Below are positions 46,754 through 56,350 of a stretch of 57,565 nucleotides of DNA, one piece after another (positions within the stretch are counted from its first letter, which is position 1; each line of letters starts with the position of its first letter). The stretch comes from a virus (taxonomy: Duplodnaviria > Caudoviricetes). The notes beneath the pieces were generated by a model. That model ran no database searches. It was not told where the DNA came from and saw only the letters and a list, made by a program, of their open reading frames with translations. The translations under genes were made by a program, and so were the position numbers. Where the stretch lies: the IMG/VR virus record IMGVR_UViG_3300045170_000116, positions 1 through 57,565 of that record; one strand, 5' to 3'.

Positions 46754-47230
46754 ATGGCAACACTTGCTGAACTTGTAGGAAGGCAGGAGCTGGTGCGCCT
46801 TGGCGGCGGACTACTGCCCAACGAGCAGGTTCAGGGGCGACTGTACGCCTTCCCGCATGTGATTGATTGGTTTGAAAATGTGCTGCCGGTTCTTCAATCC
46901 GAGCTGGGTGATGGACGCCAGGATCCTTTGGAACAGGTCGACGACCTCGTGCATGATTTCGTTGCAGGCACAAATCTCGACTATTGGGAACGAAGCCACT
47001 CTATGCGACCCGAGGTACCAGGCGTGTGGGAACTAAAAACCCCCGACGTTCGTCTCTTTGGATGGTTTCACTTACGGTTGACCTTCGTCATTGCGGAGGT
47101 CAACACGGCGTTCAAATGCAAGAAACACGACCTGTATCCGGGGTACCGCGATAGCGTTATCCGAAGACGTGATGCGCTCGACCTGAACGAGCCGAAGTTT
47201 ATTACCGGGAGCTACGAAGATGTCTTATGA
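46754..47230 (+). CDS. RelE/HigB-like toxin
   Basis: GVWELKTPDVRLFGWF; upstream of HTH gene. Confidence 0.65.
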   Translation: MATLAELVGRQELVRLGGGLLPNEQVQGRLYAFPHVIDWFENVLPVLQSELGDGRQDPLEQVDDLVHDFVAGTNLDYWERSHSMRPEVPGVWELKTPDVRLFGWFHLRLTFVIAEVNTAFKCKKHDLYPGYRDSVIRRRDALDLNEPKFITGSYEDVL

Positions 47231-47630
47231 GCTGAAGATCGATCCCAAACGGCGCGCCGCCGGTCGATTCATCGGCACGGTTAGGAAGGCATTGATCAAT
47301 GCAGCACTTGAAGAGAAACAGTCTCGCGGCCTGTCTCAACAGAAGGTCGCGGAGTGCCTTGGCGTGAATCGATCGGTAATCAACCGGATGCTCCGAGGCG
47401 AGGTAAACTTGACGCTCCGTTCCGTGGCAGAACTTGCCTGGGCCATGGGGTGGCAACCCCACTTCTCCCTTAGGCGAATTGAGCGCGAAGCCCTTTCCAA
47501 TGAGACACCGGACCCTGCTCCGGCATACGTGGCTGTGACCACTAGCACGTCGCCACGATCCGTCACCCAACCCAAGGTCTACGGCGCCAGCCAAGCTCCG
47601 TCCAACCACTACAGGGTAGCGGCAGAATGA
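47220..47630 (+). CDS. HigA-like HTH antitoxin with C-terminal tail
   Basis: GLSQQKVAECLGVNRSVINRML..NLTLRSVAELAWAM. Confidence 0.8.
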   Translation: MSYELKIDPKRRAAGRFIGTVRKALINAALEEKQSRGLSQQKVAECLGVNRSVINRMLRGEVNLTLRSVAELAWAMGWQPHFSLRRIEREALSNETPDPAPAYVAVTTSTSPRSVTQPKVYGASQAPSNHYRVAAE

Positions 47631-48016
47631 TCAGGTATACCGTCGTCTTTTGCGACGACATCCGTCAGGAAGCATCTGGCAAAAACATCTTAATAGGCGT
47701 CTACAGTGGCGACTTGGTCCCCGCAGCAGTCCCCGGCAGCTTTCCGCTGTCGGTTTACATCAAAGTCCAAGGTCTGACCGGCCATCATAGCTTTCACATG
47801 AAGCTAACTTCCCCGAACGGCGCCATCGCCATGGAGATCGAGGACGAAGTTGAGTTCGTGCCAGAGTCCGATAGTCTGCCGATGTCGTTCCAAAATGCCA
47901 TTATTCAGGTGGAGAGCGCGGGTAGAATAACCGTAGAATTTGCACTCGATGGCGCGCCTTCAGAGGTAATTGGCGAGCTAGCGGTACACATGCCGAATGC
48001 AGCGCAGGCCGGTTAA
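47627..48016 (+). CDS. DUF6941-like beta-rich protein
   Basis: FCDDIRQE.SGK..LIGVY. Confidence 0.7.
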   Translation: MIRYTVVFCDDIRQEASGKNILIGVYSGDLVPAAVPGSFPLSVYIKVQGLTGHHSFHMKLTSPNGAIAMEIEDEVEFVPESDSLPMSFQNAIIQVESAGRITVEFALDGAPSEVIGELAVHMPNAAQAG

Positions 48017-48052
48017 CCAACCCAGCGCCGCATATCTTTCCCTGAACGATAG

Positions 48053-48310
48053 CTATTCTAGTGCCGGCAATTCCCCGTGCCGCGCGAGAACGACTGGATC
48101 ATCGAAATCGCCTGTATCGGCATCGCCAGTGCGCGAGAATGCGATAACGCCATGGCGACGGCCAGCGGTAGCTTCAGCCAGTCTCAAGCAGTGCTTCTCG
48201 TCATTCGCGATCTTCGGCTCGTCGGCGACGATCTTCTTCCCCACCTTCCTATAGGCCTGGACGATGTAGTGGGTCACTCGGCTGTTGTGGTCTATACGGG
48301 CGACTTGCAT
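48053..48310 (-). CDS. Small hypothetical protein (SOS operon)
   Basis: YIVQAY..GVIAFSRTGD..GDF..PV.L..G. Confidence 0.7.
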   Translation of the reverse strand: MQVARIDHNSRVTHYIVQAYRKVGKKIVADEPKIANDEKHCLRLAEATAGRRHGVIAFSRTGDADTGDFDDPVVLARHGELPALE

Positions 48311-48624
48311 CAGTGGCTCCTGGTCTTGTCTGGATCGAATGAGCGCAGAGCCTGGCGGATCTGCGGAATTGCTTCGGGGTTGAGCTGACATATGTGCAGC
48401 TCGTCAGGGTCGCGATCTTCACCAGGCACCGGCGGCCGGTTCATGATCGGCAAAACCGTGAACTCTTCGTCGTCAGCGAAGGGGCCGAACGGCTCGATGC
48501 GGAAGCGATAGGCGGGAAACTGGTCGCCGAGATAGGCGAGCAATCGAGTTTCAGCCCACCCCACCGCCTTCCCCAAATTCGCCGGCGCAACGACGATGAA
48601 CTCGCTGACTTCATGCTGCGACAT
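48310..48624 (-). CDS. Hypothetical protein (SOS operon)
   Basis: Coupled ORF. Confidence 0.65.
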   Translation of the reverse strand: MSQHEVSEFIVVAPANLGKAVGWAETRLLAYLGDQFPAYRFRIEPFGPFADDEEFTVLPIMNRPPVPGEDRDPDELHICQLNPEAIPQIRQALRSFDPDKTRSH

Positions 48625-48847
48625 GATCGTACTCCATTGTCACGCCCACCAGTTCCCCGATCAGGCTTTCGCAATGCCCGCAGGTGAACGGCACCGGGTT
48701 GTGTTCTAGCCCATCTATGAATTCGTCCACGGTCGTCGGCGCCCCTTCCATGCGAGGTATCTGGACGCGCCTGATCGTTGGCCGCTGACAGTTGGCGCAG
48801 AGGCAATGGAGGACGAAAATGCGAGCCGGGCGCGTTCCTTCAAACAT
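48611..48847 (-). CDS. Small zinc-ribbon protein (SOS operon)
   Basis: CANC...CGHC. Confidence 0.65.
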   Translation of the reverse strand: MFEGTRPARIFVLHCLCANCQRPTIRRVQIPRMEGAPTTVDEFIDGLEHNPVPFTCGHCESLIGELVGVTMEYDHVAA

Positions 48848-48853
48848 CGCTTA

Positions 48854-48868
48854 GTTCCTGTTTTGTTC
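48854..48868. promoter_or_regulatory. LexA box
   Basis: GTTC-ctgtttt-GTTC overlapping the RBS of 48847. Confidence 0.78.
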
Positions 48869-48942
48869 TCGTTCGCATTCAAAGCGCAGAACGCTCGGGG
48901 AGTCGAGAGCGATTCGAGAGCAAATTTTAACGACCTTCCGAC

Positions 48943-48996
48943 TGTGCATTTTTCGCATAGTTTTTGCTTGACGCATTCTGTGCGATTATCGCATAG
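48943..48996. promoter_or_regulatory. Second pair of CI operators around a TTGACG promoter
   Basis: TGTGCATTTTTCGCATAG and TGTGCGATTATCGCATAG, reverse complements of the 45924-46010 motif. Confidence 0.72.
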
Positions 48997-49026
48997 TCAC
49001 TTCATCAACGACGCACCGCGTCACCG

Positions 49027-49467
49027 ATGGAGAAGCAGATGACCACCAACCAGATTATCCCGATCAGCGGCCACAAGCTCTCCATGGTGCAGGGCGTCTA
49101 TGTGATCGCTCAGAATGGCAAGACTGCCGCCGTCTGCACTTCGTTGAAGCTGGTCCACGAATGGCTGGACGGCGCTGAATACGACGAAGCCAGCAAGATC
49201 AGCATCGCGCTTGCCAGCCTCGACGGCATGGAAGCGGACGACATTACCCACGTCATCGCTGATGATCTGATGGGCGATTACCGGACCTATTCAGACTTCT
49301 CGGAAGATCAGGGCTACGCCCTTCCGTGGCTTGAGTTCTGGTTTGATGAAATCAAGGCTGGCGAGTTCGTTCGCGACCTCAAGAGCCGCCGTGATCGTCA
49401 CCGCGCCATCCACGCTCCGATTGCTCGGGCCGAAAGCCCCCAAGCCTTTGCCGTGGCTGCGGAGTAA
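49027..49467 (+). CDS. Hypothetical early protein
   Basis: First gene after operator/promoter. Confidence 0.65.
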   Translation: MEKQMTTNQIIPISGHKLSMVQGVYVIAQNGKTAAVCTSLKLVHEWLDGAEYDEASKISIALASLDGMEADDITHVIADDLMGDYRTYSDFSEDQGYALPWLEFWFDEIKAGEFVRDLKSRRDRHRAIHAPIARAESPQAFAVAAE

Positions 49468-49473
49468 GGGGTG

Positions 49474-49791
49474 ATGAAGCATCCGATCTCAGGACCGATC
49501 AGCCCCGAAGAACTTCGCGCTATCGCTGATCTTCCATACGGTAAGGCCGGAGCCGAACTGCGAAAGCATGACCCAGCATGGGGTCTTGGGTCGGCGGAAA
49601 ATCCCAACATCAAGTGGGACGTAGTTCTTGTTGGAAGCGCGCCTGTGACGACGGTTGTCACAGTGGAGGCGCCAGATGAAGCGACTGCCAAAAAGGCGGC
49701 GATGTCCATCAGGGTTCATCGCTCCGATTGGGAGATCGATACCTATTCTCGCATCGAAGACATCGACGTTGAGAGCGTGGAGCCGGCATGA
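49474..49791 (+). CDS. Hypothetical protein
   Basis: VEAPDE..A motif; operon context. Confidence 0.6.
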   Translation: MKHPISGPISPEELRAIADLPYGKAGAELRKHDPAWGLGSAENPNIKWDVVLVGSAPVTTVVTVEAPDEATAKKAAMSIRVHRSDWEIDTYSRIEDIDVESVEPA

Positions 49792-49895
49792 ACCTCCCTC
49801 CCTTGTCCACCCACCCTTCCCTCTATCTCTGGTCCTTATCCCTTTTCATTGGCTGGGCGCTGGTTGTGTTCATGCCGGAAGCTGGAGTTTGAACG

Positions 49896-50762
49896 ATGGC
49901 AGAACAGACCGGCATTGAATGGACCGACAGCACGTTCAACCCATGGTGGGGCTGCACGACGATCAGCCCTGCGTGTGATCACTGCTACGCGGCCGATCTC
50001 GACAAGCGCACTGGCGGCAACCACTGGGGCAACGTCCCGCGCCGCCGCACGAGCGACAAGAACTGGAACGAGCCTCGCCGCTGGCAGAAAGCCGCGCCTG
50101 CTTTCCTTGCCGAGCATGGCCGCAAGCGCCGCGTATTCTGCGCGTCGATGGCCGATGTGTTCGACAATCAGGTTGATGCGGCATGGCGTGATGACCTGTG
50201 GACGCTCATTCGCGAGTGCCAAGACCTCGATTGGCTGTTGCTGACCAAGCGTCCACAGAACATTGCCGACATGCTGCCAACGTTCTGGGAAGATGTGAAA
50301 GCATCGGTTTGGCTGGGAACGACCGTCGAGGATCAGAAGCGCGCTGACCAGAATATTCCGCATCTGCTCAAGCAAGATTCCGCGGTGCGCTTCCTCTCAT
50401 GCGAGCCGATGGTCGGTCCAATTGACCTGATGCACTTAAGATACTCGCTGCACGGCTACGGCCCTTTGTGGGCGGAGGCGCTGACCGGCTGGACCCGCGG
50501 CGCTGGTCATGGCTACCGCGAGGCAGATCTGCCCAACAAAATCGATTGGGTGATCGCAGGGGGAGAAAGCGGGCCGAGTGCTCGTGTGGCCGATCCTGAT
50601 TGGTTCCGGCAGCTCCGCAACGACTGCGCAGCTCACGACGTGCCCTTCCTGTTCAAGCAGTGGGGCAATTGGGACGAGAACATGCGCCATGTCCGCGACA
50701 AGAAGGTCGCCGGGCGCCTGCTCGATGGGGTGACCCACGATGGCTATCCGGTGCTGCCATGA
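49896..50762 (+). CDS. DUF5131 (Gp37/Gp68) family protein
   Basis: IEWTD.TFNPWWGC..SPACDHCYA, LTKRP, GGESG, FKQWG. Confidence 0.92.
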   Translation: MAEQTGIEWTDSTFNPWWGCTTISPACDHCYAADLDKRTGGNHWGNVPRRRTSDKNWNEPRRWQKAAPAFLAEHGRKRRVFCASMADVFDNQVDAAWRDDLWTLIRECQDLDWLLLTKRPQNIADMLPTFWEDVKASVWLGTTVEDQKRADQNIPHLLKQDSAVRFLSCEPMVGPIDLMHLRYSLHGYGPLWAEALTGWTRGAGHGYREADLPNKIDWVIAGGESGPSARVADPDWFRQLRNDCAAHDVPFLFKQWGNWDENMRHVRDKKVAGRLLDGVTHDGYPVLP

Positions 50763-50870
50763 CCGTCACCAACCAAGACATCTACCTACTCGCAGAGCTT
50801 CGCCGGAAAGACCCAGCCGAAGCCCTTCGCATCGCCACCCTTTCCGGCACTCAGAACAAGGAACAGACCA

Positions 50871-51701
50871 ATGCAGGCCGTTGAGAAGATCCAGCCGGTT
50901 GAGACATTGCCAGTGGCGCCAGCAGCTTCGGAAAGCGCGGCAATCCTTTCCGTGATCGAGCGCATGGCGACCAACCCCGATATCGATCCCGACCGCATCG
51001 AACGTTTCATCGCCCTCAAGGAGCGTATGGACAAGGAAGCGGCCCGCAAAGCCTTTGCTGGCGCCCTTGCTGAATGCCAGTCGGAAATCCCGGCGATCGA
51101 GGAACGCGGCCAGATCAAATACGGCAAGAAGAACGCCGATGGCGAGGACACTGGCCCGACCTATGCCCTCTGGGAAGACATCAACGAAACCATCCGCCCC
51201 ATCCTGAAGCGGCACGGCTTTGCCCTGTCCTTCCGAACGGGCCAGACGCCAGAAGGCAAGATCACTGTCACCGGCATTCTCAGCCATCGCGACGGGCATT
51301 TCGAGGAAACCACAATGGCCCTCATGCACGACAGCAGCGGAGCGAAGAACTCGGTTCAGGCGATGGGATCGAGCATTAGCTACGGCAAGCGCTACACAGC
51401 CGCCGCCCTGCTCAACATCACCAGCCGGGGCGAAGATGATGACGGCGAAGCTGGCGGCCGGCTTCTCGCCAAGGCGGAGGCACGCGGGCCCTACAAGGAA
51501 ATGCAGGAGGAATTGGACTCCTGCGGCAGCCTTGAGCAGCTTCAGGGCCTTTGGACATCGCCGCAGTTTCGCGCCGCCTTCGAACAGCTTCCCAATGACT
51601 GGAAGAAGCTCATCACCGAGCGCAAGGACGCGCTGAAGGCTGATCTTTCAAAGCCCAATCCGAACTACGTGGCGCCGAACTTCGACGGCGACCGTCCCTA
51701 A
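50871..51701 (+). CDS. erf: ERF-family ssDNA annealing protein
   Basis: GSSISYGKRY..EDDDG. Confidence 0.9.
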   Translation: MQAVEKIQPVETLPVAPAASESAAILSVIERMATNPDIDPDRIERFIALKERMDKEAARKAFAGALAECQSEIPAIEERGQIKYGKKNADGEDTGPTYALWEDINETIRPILKRHGFALSFRTGQTPEGKITVTGILSHRDGHFEETTMALMHDSSGAKNSVQAMGSSISYGKRYTAAALLNITSRGEDDDGEAGGRLLAKAEARGPYKEMQEELDSCGSLEQLQGLWTSPQFRAAFEQLPNDWKKLITERKDALKADLSKPNPNYVAPNFDGDRP

Positions 51702-51763
51702 TTCCCAACCTCAAGGGACCGGCGGGCCAATGGCTCAGTCCCAGAAACCCGCCGGATGATTCA

Positions 51764-51973
51764 ATGACCGCAATCGACACCCAAGCCGATCTCATCACCC
51801 AAGTTCAGACGGTACTGCGTCAAGCTCGTAACGAACGGGATGGGACCAAGCTCCGGGCTGGTAATGAACTGATGCAGTCCGATGAGTATCTGCAGCTTCC
51901 GGTCGGCGTGAAAGACGACTGCCGCGCTCTCTATCGCGACGCGTTTGTTGCGGTCAGTGGGGCATTCGCATGA
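51764..51973 (+). CDS. Small hypothetical protein
   Basis: Coupled to ninB. Confidence 0.55.
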   Translation: MTAIDTQADLITQVQTVLRQARNERDGTKLRAGNELMQSDEYLQLPVGVKDDCRALYRDAFVAVSGAFA

Positions 51974-52398
51974 GCCGCTATCCAATTCTCATCAACGGAC
52001 CTGAGGACAAACGGAAGGCCCACCGGTGGGTGGATGCCGCGCCTGTCGGCATGTCCATCACCTTCAAGGTCAATAAGCGCTCACTGGACCAAAACGCCAA
52101 GCTTTGGTGTCTGCTTGGAGAGGTGTCCGCTCAAGTCGAATGGTACGGGCAAAAGCTCTCGCCCGAAGACTGGAAGGACATGTTCACGGCTTCGCTCCGA
52201 AAGGCGCGAGTGTCGCCCGGCATTGATCCCGGCAGCTTTGTCGTTCTCGGACTGCACACCAGTGACCTAACCAAAGAGGAGTTCAGCAATCTCATTGAGC
52301 TGATCCACGCCTTCGGCGCTGAGCACGGCGTCGAGTTCCAGGACGACAAACCCTCTCCCTCGCCTTCTGCTGGGGCTGATCGGAAGGAAGCAGCGTAA
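51970..52398 (+). CDS. ninB: NinB-family recombination protein
   Basis: RSLDQNAKLW..L, TS.L...EFS.LIELI.AFGAE. Confidence 0.9.
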   Translation: MSRYPILINGPEDKRKAHRWVDAAPVGMSITFKVNKRSLDQNAKLWCLLGEVSAQVEWYGQKLSPEDWKDMFTASLRKARVSPGIDPGSFVVLGLHTSDLTKEEFSNLIELIHAFGAEHGVEFQDDKPSPSPSAGADRKEAA

Positions 52399-53033
52399 TG
52401 ACGAAGACCATTCCAGTTGATGCTTCATATGTCAGCGTCCAGCTGCCTGAAGATCATGACCCCACCAAGCCGTTCCCGCTGACCATTAAGAGAGATTTCG
52501 AGAACCCCAACTGCTGGGCTACCGGCGACGGCAAAAAGGTCTTCCGTGACCGCGAATGGGCCGAAAAGTCCATGGAGATGGATACCGAGGCCTACAAAGA
52601 ACATGGGCGGCGTCGGATGGAGTTCAGTCGTCTTGCGAAGGCTGAAGTCACGCAAGATCGCGATTGGGTCTATAGCGACGACGTGTCCGGATATCAGGAT
52701 GGGTATTTCGACAGCGTCGCCGAGCTTCTGGACTATGCCGCCGACGACGAGATCACCCCGCCGACATACTGCTATGGCACGAGGGAAGAGACCTTTGACT
52801 TCGACGTCGAGGGATATCTCGAGAGCTACCTGTCTGATCACCATCACGAAGATGCACATGAGCAGATCGTGGGCTGGAAGGAACTCCACGCCTTCATGAA
52901 GGAATGGTGCGCCAAGCAGACGGTCAGAACCTATTACGTCGATTATTCCAAGGTCGTGGTCATCAATCAGGCCGGATATGAGCAGGCTTTGGCAGAAGCA
53001 AGGGCATGGCTCGCGGAGAACGCATCGTCATGA
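52398..53033 (+). CDS. Hypothetical acidic protein
   Basis: Coupled ORF. Confidence 0.65.
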   Translation: MTKTIPVDASYVSVQLPEDHDPTKPFPLTIKRDFENPNCWATGDGKKVFRDREWAEKSMEMDTEAYKEHGRRRMEFSRLAKAEVTQDRDWVYSDDVSGYQDGYFDSVAELLDYAADDEITPPTYCYGTREETFDFDVEGYLESYLSDHHHEDAHEQIVGWKELHAFMKEWCAKQTVRTYYVDYSKVVVINQAGYEQALAEARAWLAENASS

Positions 53034-53196
53034 CCCGCCGCCTCTCCGACCAAGAGCGCCAGCTATTGCGCCGGCAGGTTCTCGCCAGCGGGGCGGAAGT
53101 CGCTTCGCTATATGGTCTCGAAAGGATTCCTGACCGAGGACACCTTCGACGATGGCCCTCGCTTCACCCTCACGTCTCAAGGACAGGAGGAAGCCA

Positions 53197-53481
53197 ATGG
53201 CTGACCTCTTACTGCCGCTGAAGGCTGAGTATTTCAACGCGATCAAGGCTGGCACCAAGCTCTGGGAGTATCGACTACGCACTCCGTTCTGGCGGAAGCG
53301 CATTGAGGGCCGTGTCTATGACCGCTTCATTCTCACGCTGGGATATCCCGCGGCTGACGTCCATGCTCGTAGGCTGGTGTTGCCATGGCGTGGCTATCGA
53401 GAAGAGCGACTAACGCACCGGCACTTTGGACCGCTGCCGGTCGAGGTGTATGCGATCGACGTCACCGGGGCGCCCCTCTGA
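53197..53481 (+). CDS. ASCH-domain protein
   Basis: EYFNAIKAGTK.WEYR...FW.KR. Confidence 0.82.
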   Translation: MADLLLPLKAEYFNAIKAGTKLWEYRLRTPFWRKRIEGRVYDRFILTLGYPAADVHARRLVLPWRGYREERLTHRHFGPLPVEVYAIDVTGAPL

Positions 53482-53876
53482 TGCGCACAGCCAAGCTCAA
53501 GGAATGGGTTGGCAAGACGCCTGAGGCAATGCCGGGACAGACCGTCCTTTTGCGCCTCTATGCCAAGCAGAACGGGATTTGCGCCTGCGGCTGTGGACAG
53601 TCGATGAACCTGAACCGCGACAAGGTCGATTGCGACCATGTCATTGCCCTGATCGACGGCGGCGAGAACCGGGAGAGCAATCTGCAGCTCCTGCTCAACG
53701 CCTGCCACAAGGTCAAGACCGGCAAAGAGGCCACCGCCAGGAGCGAGGAGCGCCGGCATAAGGCGAAGGCCTTCACTGCCCTCCGCGAGCCCTCCATGCG
53801 CTCCCAAGGCTTCAGGAAAGCAGAGCCTCAGAGGAGCGCCACCAGGAAGATTGAGAAATGGAGTTTGCTGCGATGA
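53481..53876 (+). CDS. HNH endonuclease
   Basis: CACGCG..DHVIAL..GG.N..SNLQ....CH..KT. Confidence 0.85.
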   Translation: MRTAKLKEWVGKTPEAMPGQTVLLRLYAKQNGICACGCGQSMNLNRDKVDCDHVIALIDGGENRESNLQLLLNACHKVKTGKEATARSEERRHKAKAFTALREPSMRSQGFRKAEPQRSATRKIEKWSLLR

Positions 53877-54403
53877 GCACGAAGCTTTTGCCCTGCCCGT
53901 TCTGCGGCGTCCAGGCGGCAGTCTTTTGCGAAACATCCGTCTGGTGGGTCCGTTGCGAGAATTGTCAGGCAGAGAGCGGCAGTTCCGACACCGACGATGG
54001 CGCGGCCGAAATCTGGAACCTCCGCTCCAAGCCTGCGGCAGGGGGAGTGAAGCCAGCCATCGACAGCCCGACCGTTGTAGTCGGCTACACCAACTGGCGA
54101 GGCCAGTACGGCGAGCGCGAGATTGTGCCCATGCGGCCATGGTTCGGCTCGACAGACTGGCATCCTGAGGAGCAATGGCTTCTGAAGGCTTGGGATGTTG
54201 AGAGAGACGCTGAACGCGATTTCGCAATCAAAGATGTCGGTTTCAAGTCCCCACAGCCAGAGGCGGGCATAACCGACGAGATGGTGGAGCGGGCTGCTGC
54301 CTGTATCAAAGGCGGCTCCACGTTCAGCCAAGAAGACCGGGCCGACATGGCCCGCGCCGCCCTCACCGCAGCTCTATCCACGGAGGGGCAGAGCGATGTG
54401 TGA
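53873..54403 (+). CDS. Lar-like zinc ribbon fused to WYL-like domain
   Basis: LLPCPFCG..V.C..C..WN then YTNWRG...R.I.P...W.GST.WHP..QW. Confidence 0.72.
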   Translation: MSTKLLPCPFCGVQAAVFCETSVWWVRCENCQAESGSSDTDDGAAEIWNLRSKPAAGGVKPAIDSPTVVVGYTNWRGQYGEREIVPMRPWFGSTDWHPEEQWLLKAWDVERDAERDFAIKDVGFKSPQPEAGITDEMVERAAACIKGGSTFSQEDRADMARAALTAALSTEGQSDV

Positions 54404-54872
54404 GTTGCAAAGCAAACTCCGCGCAGCTGTAGTCACTGCAATGGATCATGCGGGCACACTACCCGCGAAGGAGGCGGTCAAACTTAGGCCTGCTGATTGG
54501 CGCCGTCTGACGGATGTAGCGCAAGAAGCCGCCGCCGCCCTCCAATCCCAAGCCGAGCAGATCGAACAGCTGACGAGGGAAAGGGATGAGGCCGACAATG
54601 CACTTGTCGACAAGTACCGCGACCCACAGACTGGCGCATTCAGCTTCCCAGGGGATGTAGCCTCTATCGTTCGACGCCTCGACACCGCCGATGCCAGTCT
54701 TGCCGCAGCCCTAGAGGCGCTGAAGCCGTTCGCCAAGTGCAGCGAGGTTTATCCAAATTCGCGCGGCGACGGCAACGTTGGTTTTGCTGGGCTCCATGAC
54801 CCAAGGTGTCCTTTGACATTCGACGACTACCACCGTGCACGCCAAGCTCTTTCCGAAGGAGAGCAGACATGA
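54396..54872 (+). CDS. Hypothetical coiled-coil protein
   Basis: EALKPFA motif; coupled. Confidence 0.6.
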   Translation: MCELQSKLRAAVVTAMDHAGTLPAKEAVKLRPADWRRLTDVAQEAAAALQSQAEQIEQLTRERDEADNALVDKYRDPQTGAFSFPGDVASIVRRLDTADASLAAALEALKPFAKCSEVYPNSRGDGNVGFAGLHDPRCPLTFDDYHRARQALSEGEQT

Positions 54873-54874
54873 TG

Positions 54875-55108
54875 TCAGTTCAGCTTTCCTCGAATGGCGT
54901 CAATCATGGCTTTCCACCCTTCGACAAGGCTGGCCAGCTCGCTCGCCCTGCCCGGATGGAGCGCGGCGATTTCCTCAAGCTTTTGAACTTCTTGGACCAT
55001 CAGCGGCAGATCGCCGAGCGGCCAGAGCCCTGCCCTGGTCATGTCTGCATACCGCAGCAACGTATGGCGGCTGAGATTGATGCGGCTGTCGGCTTCGGCT
55101 GGGGTCAT
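54875..55108 (-). CDS. Small hypothetical protein
   Basis: 77 aa filling the gap before xis. Confidence 0.45.
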   Translation of the reverse strand: MTPAEADSRINLSRHTLLRYADMTRAGLWPLGDLPLMVQEVQKLEEIAALHPGRASELASLVEGWKAMIDAIRGKLN

Positions 55109-55119
55109 GAGGTGGGACA

Positions 55120-55332
55120 ATGACAAAAGCGGCAGTCTTCACGCAAGGTGACATTTCGAAGCTTCTGAAGGGCGCCAAGGCCGCAGGAATGTCGGTGAAA
55201 CGCGTCGTGATCGATCGATCCGGCAGGATAGTTGCAGACTTCGGCGGCACGGAAGAGGATGCCCAGCCGGCCAATGAATGGGATGTTGTGTTCAATGCCG
55301 AAGAAAAGCGGCCTACCAAAGGGCGTCACTGA
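55120..55332 (+). CDS. Excisionase-like protein
   Basis: FTQ.DI...LKGA..AG..V..V.ID..G.I ...NEWD, overlaps integrase start. Confidence 0.75.
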   Translation: MTKAAVFTQGDISKLLKGAKAAGMSVKRVVIDRSGRIVADFGGTEEDAQPANEWDVVFNAEEKRPTKGRH

Positions 55333-56350
55333 GTTTCAGGACCGACACGGCGCCTGGCACCTTCGCTATCGCGCCAAGGGGAAGGCCACCCACTATTTCA
55401 GGACAAGGCCGGGCCAGCCCGGATGGCTGGAGGAGCTGGCACAAGCCAGGGACGGCGCCGTTGACGCCCCCAAGGTGCGGACGAACCTGCGGACCAAACC
55501 TGGCTCGATATCGGCGCTGATCGCGGTCTACTACGGCACCCCAGAATTCACGGGCCTCGCCGCAAGTTCACAGAAGACCTATCGCAATATGCTCGAGCGC
55601 TTTCGGGAGGCCCACGGCGACAAACAAGTCGCCACCCTCACCCGCGCTCACATCAAGGCGATTATCGGCGGGATGCACGAGACGCCGGCCGCAGCCAACA
55701 ATCTGCTCGACCGATTGCGGGTGTTGATGAAGATCGCCATGGATGACGACTGGCGCCCCGATGACCCGACATATCGGGTACGCGGATTCAAGCTCAAGGG
55801 CGACGGCTTTCACACATGGTCGGAAGACGACATCGCCACGTTCTGTGAGCACTATCCCATCGGCACAAGCGCACGCCTAGCCATGGGCCTGATGCTCTAT
55901 ACCGGTCAGCGCCGCTCCGACATGGTCAAGATGGGATGGCAGCATTTGGCGGGCAATCGTGTGCGCGTCCATCAGCTCAAGACTGACGAGATGCTGTCGA
56001 TCCCGGTGCATCCGGAATTGGCGACTATCCTGGCTGCCGCCGAGCGGTCTGATTTTCCGATTCTGCTCACGCAGTTCGGGAAGCCGTTCACGGCCAATGG
56101 TTTTGGGAATCGGATGAGAAAGTGGTGCACGGCGGCCAAGTTGCCCGACTGCACGTCTCACGGCCTCCGGAAGGCCGCGGCTCGCCGAATGGCTGAAGCC
56201 GGGTGCACCAACAAAGAAATTATGGCCATCACCGGCCATAAGACCGATCGCGAGGTCACTCGGTACACGAAAGCTGCCGATCAGATTCGGCTCGCTGACA
56301 GGGCAATGGAAGCCCTTGAGAGATCAGAGGAAGAACGCAAGAGTGGCTAA
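55295..56350 (+). CDS. int: Tyrosine integrase
   Basis: TGQRRSD, HGLRK, TGH, Y catalytic residues. Confidence 0.95.
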   Translation: MPKKSGLPKGVTEFQDRHGAWHLRYRAKGKATHYFRTRPGQPGWLEELAQARDGAVDAPKVRTNLRTKPGSISALIAVYYGTPEFTGLAASSQKTYRNMLERFREAHGDKQVATLTRAHIKAIIGGMHETPAAANNLLDRLRVLMKIAMDDDWRPDDPTYRVRGFKLKGDGFHTWSEDDIATFCEHYPIGTSARLAMGLMLYTGQRRSDMVKMGWQHLAGNRVRVHQLKTDEMLSIPVHPELATILAAAERSDFPILLTQFGKPFTANGFGNRMRKWCTAAKLPDCTSHGLRKAAARRMAEAGCTNKEIMAITGHKTDREVTRYTKAADQIRLADRAMEALERSEEERKSG

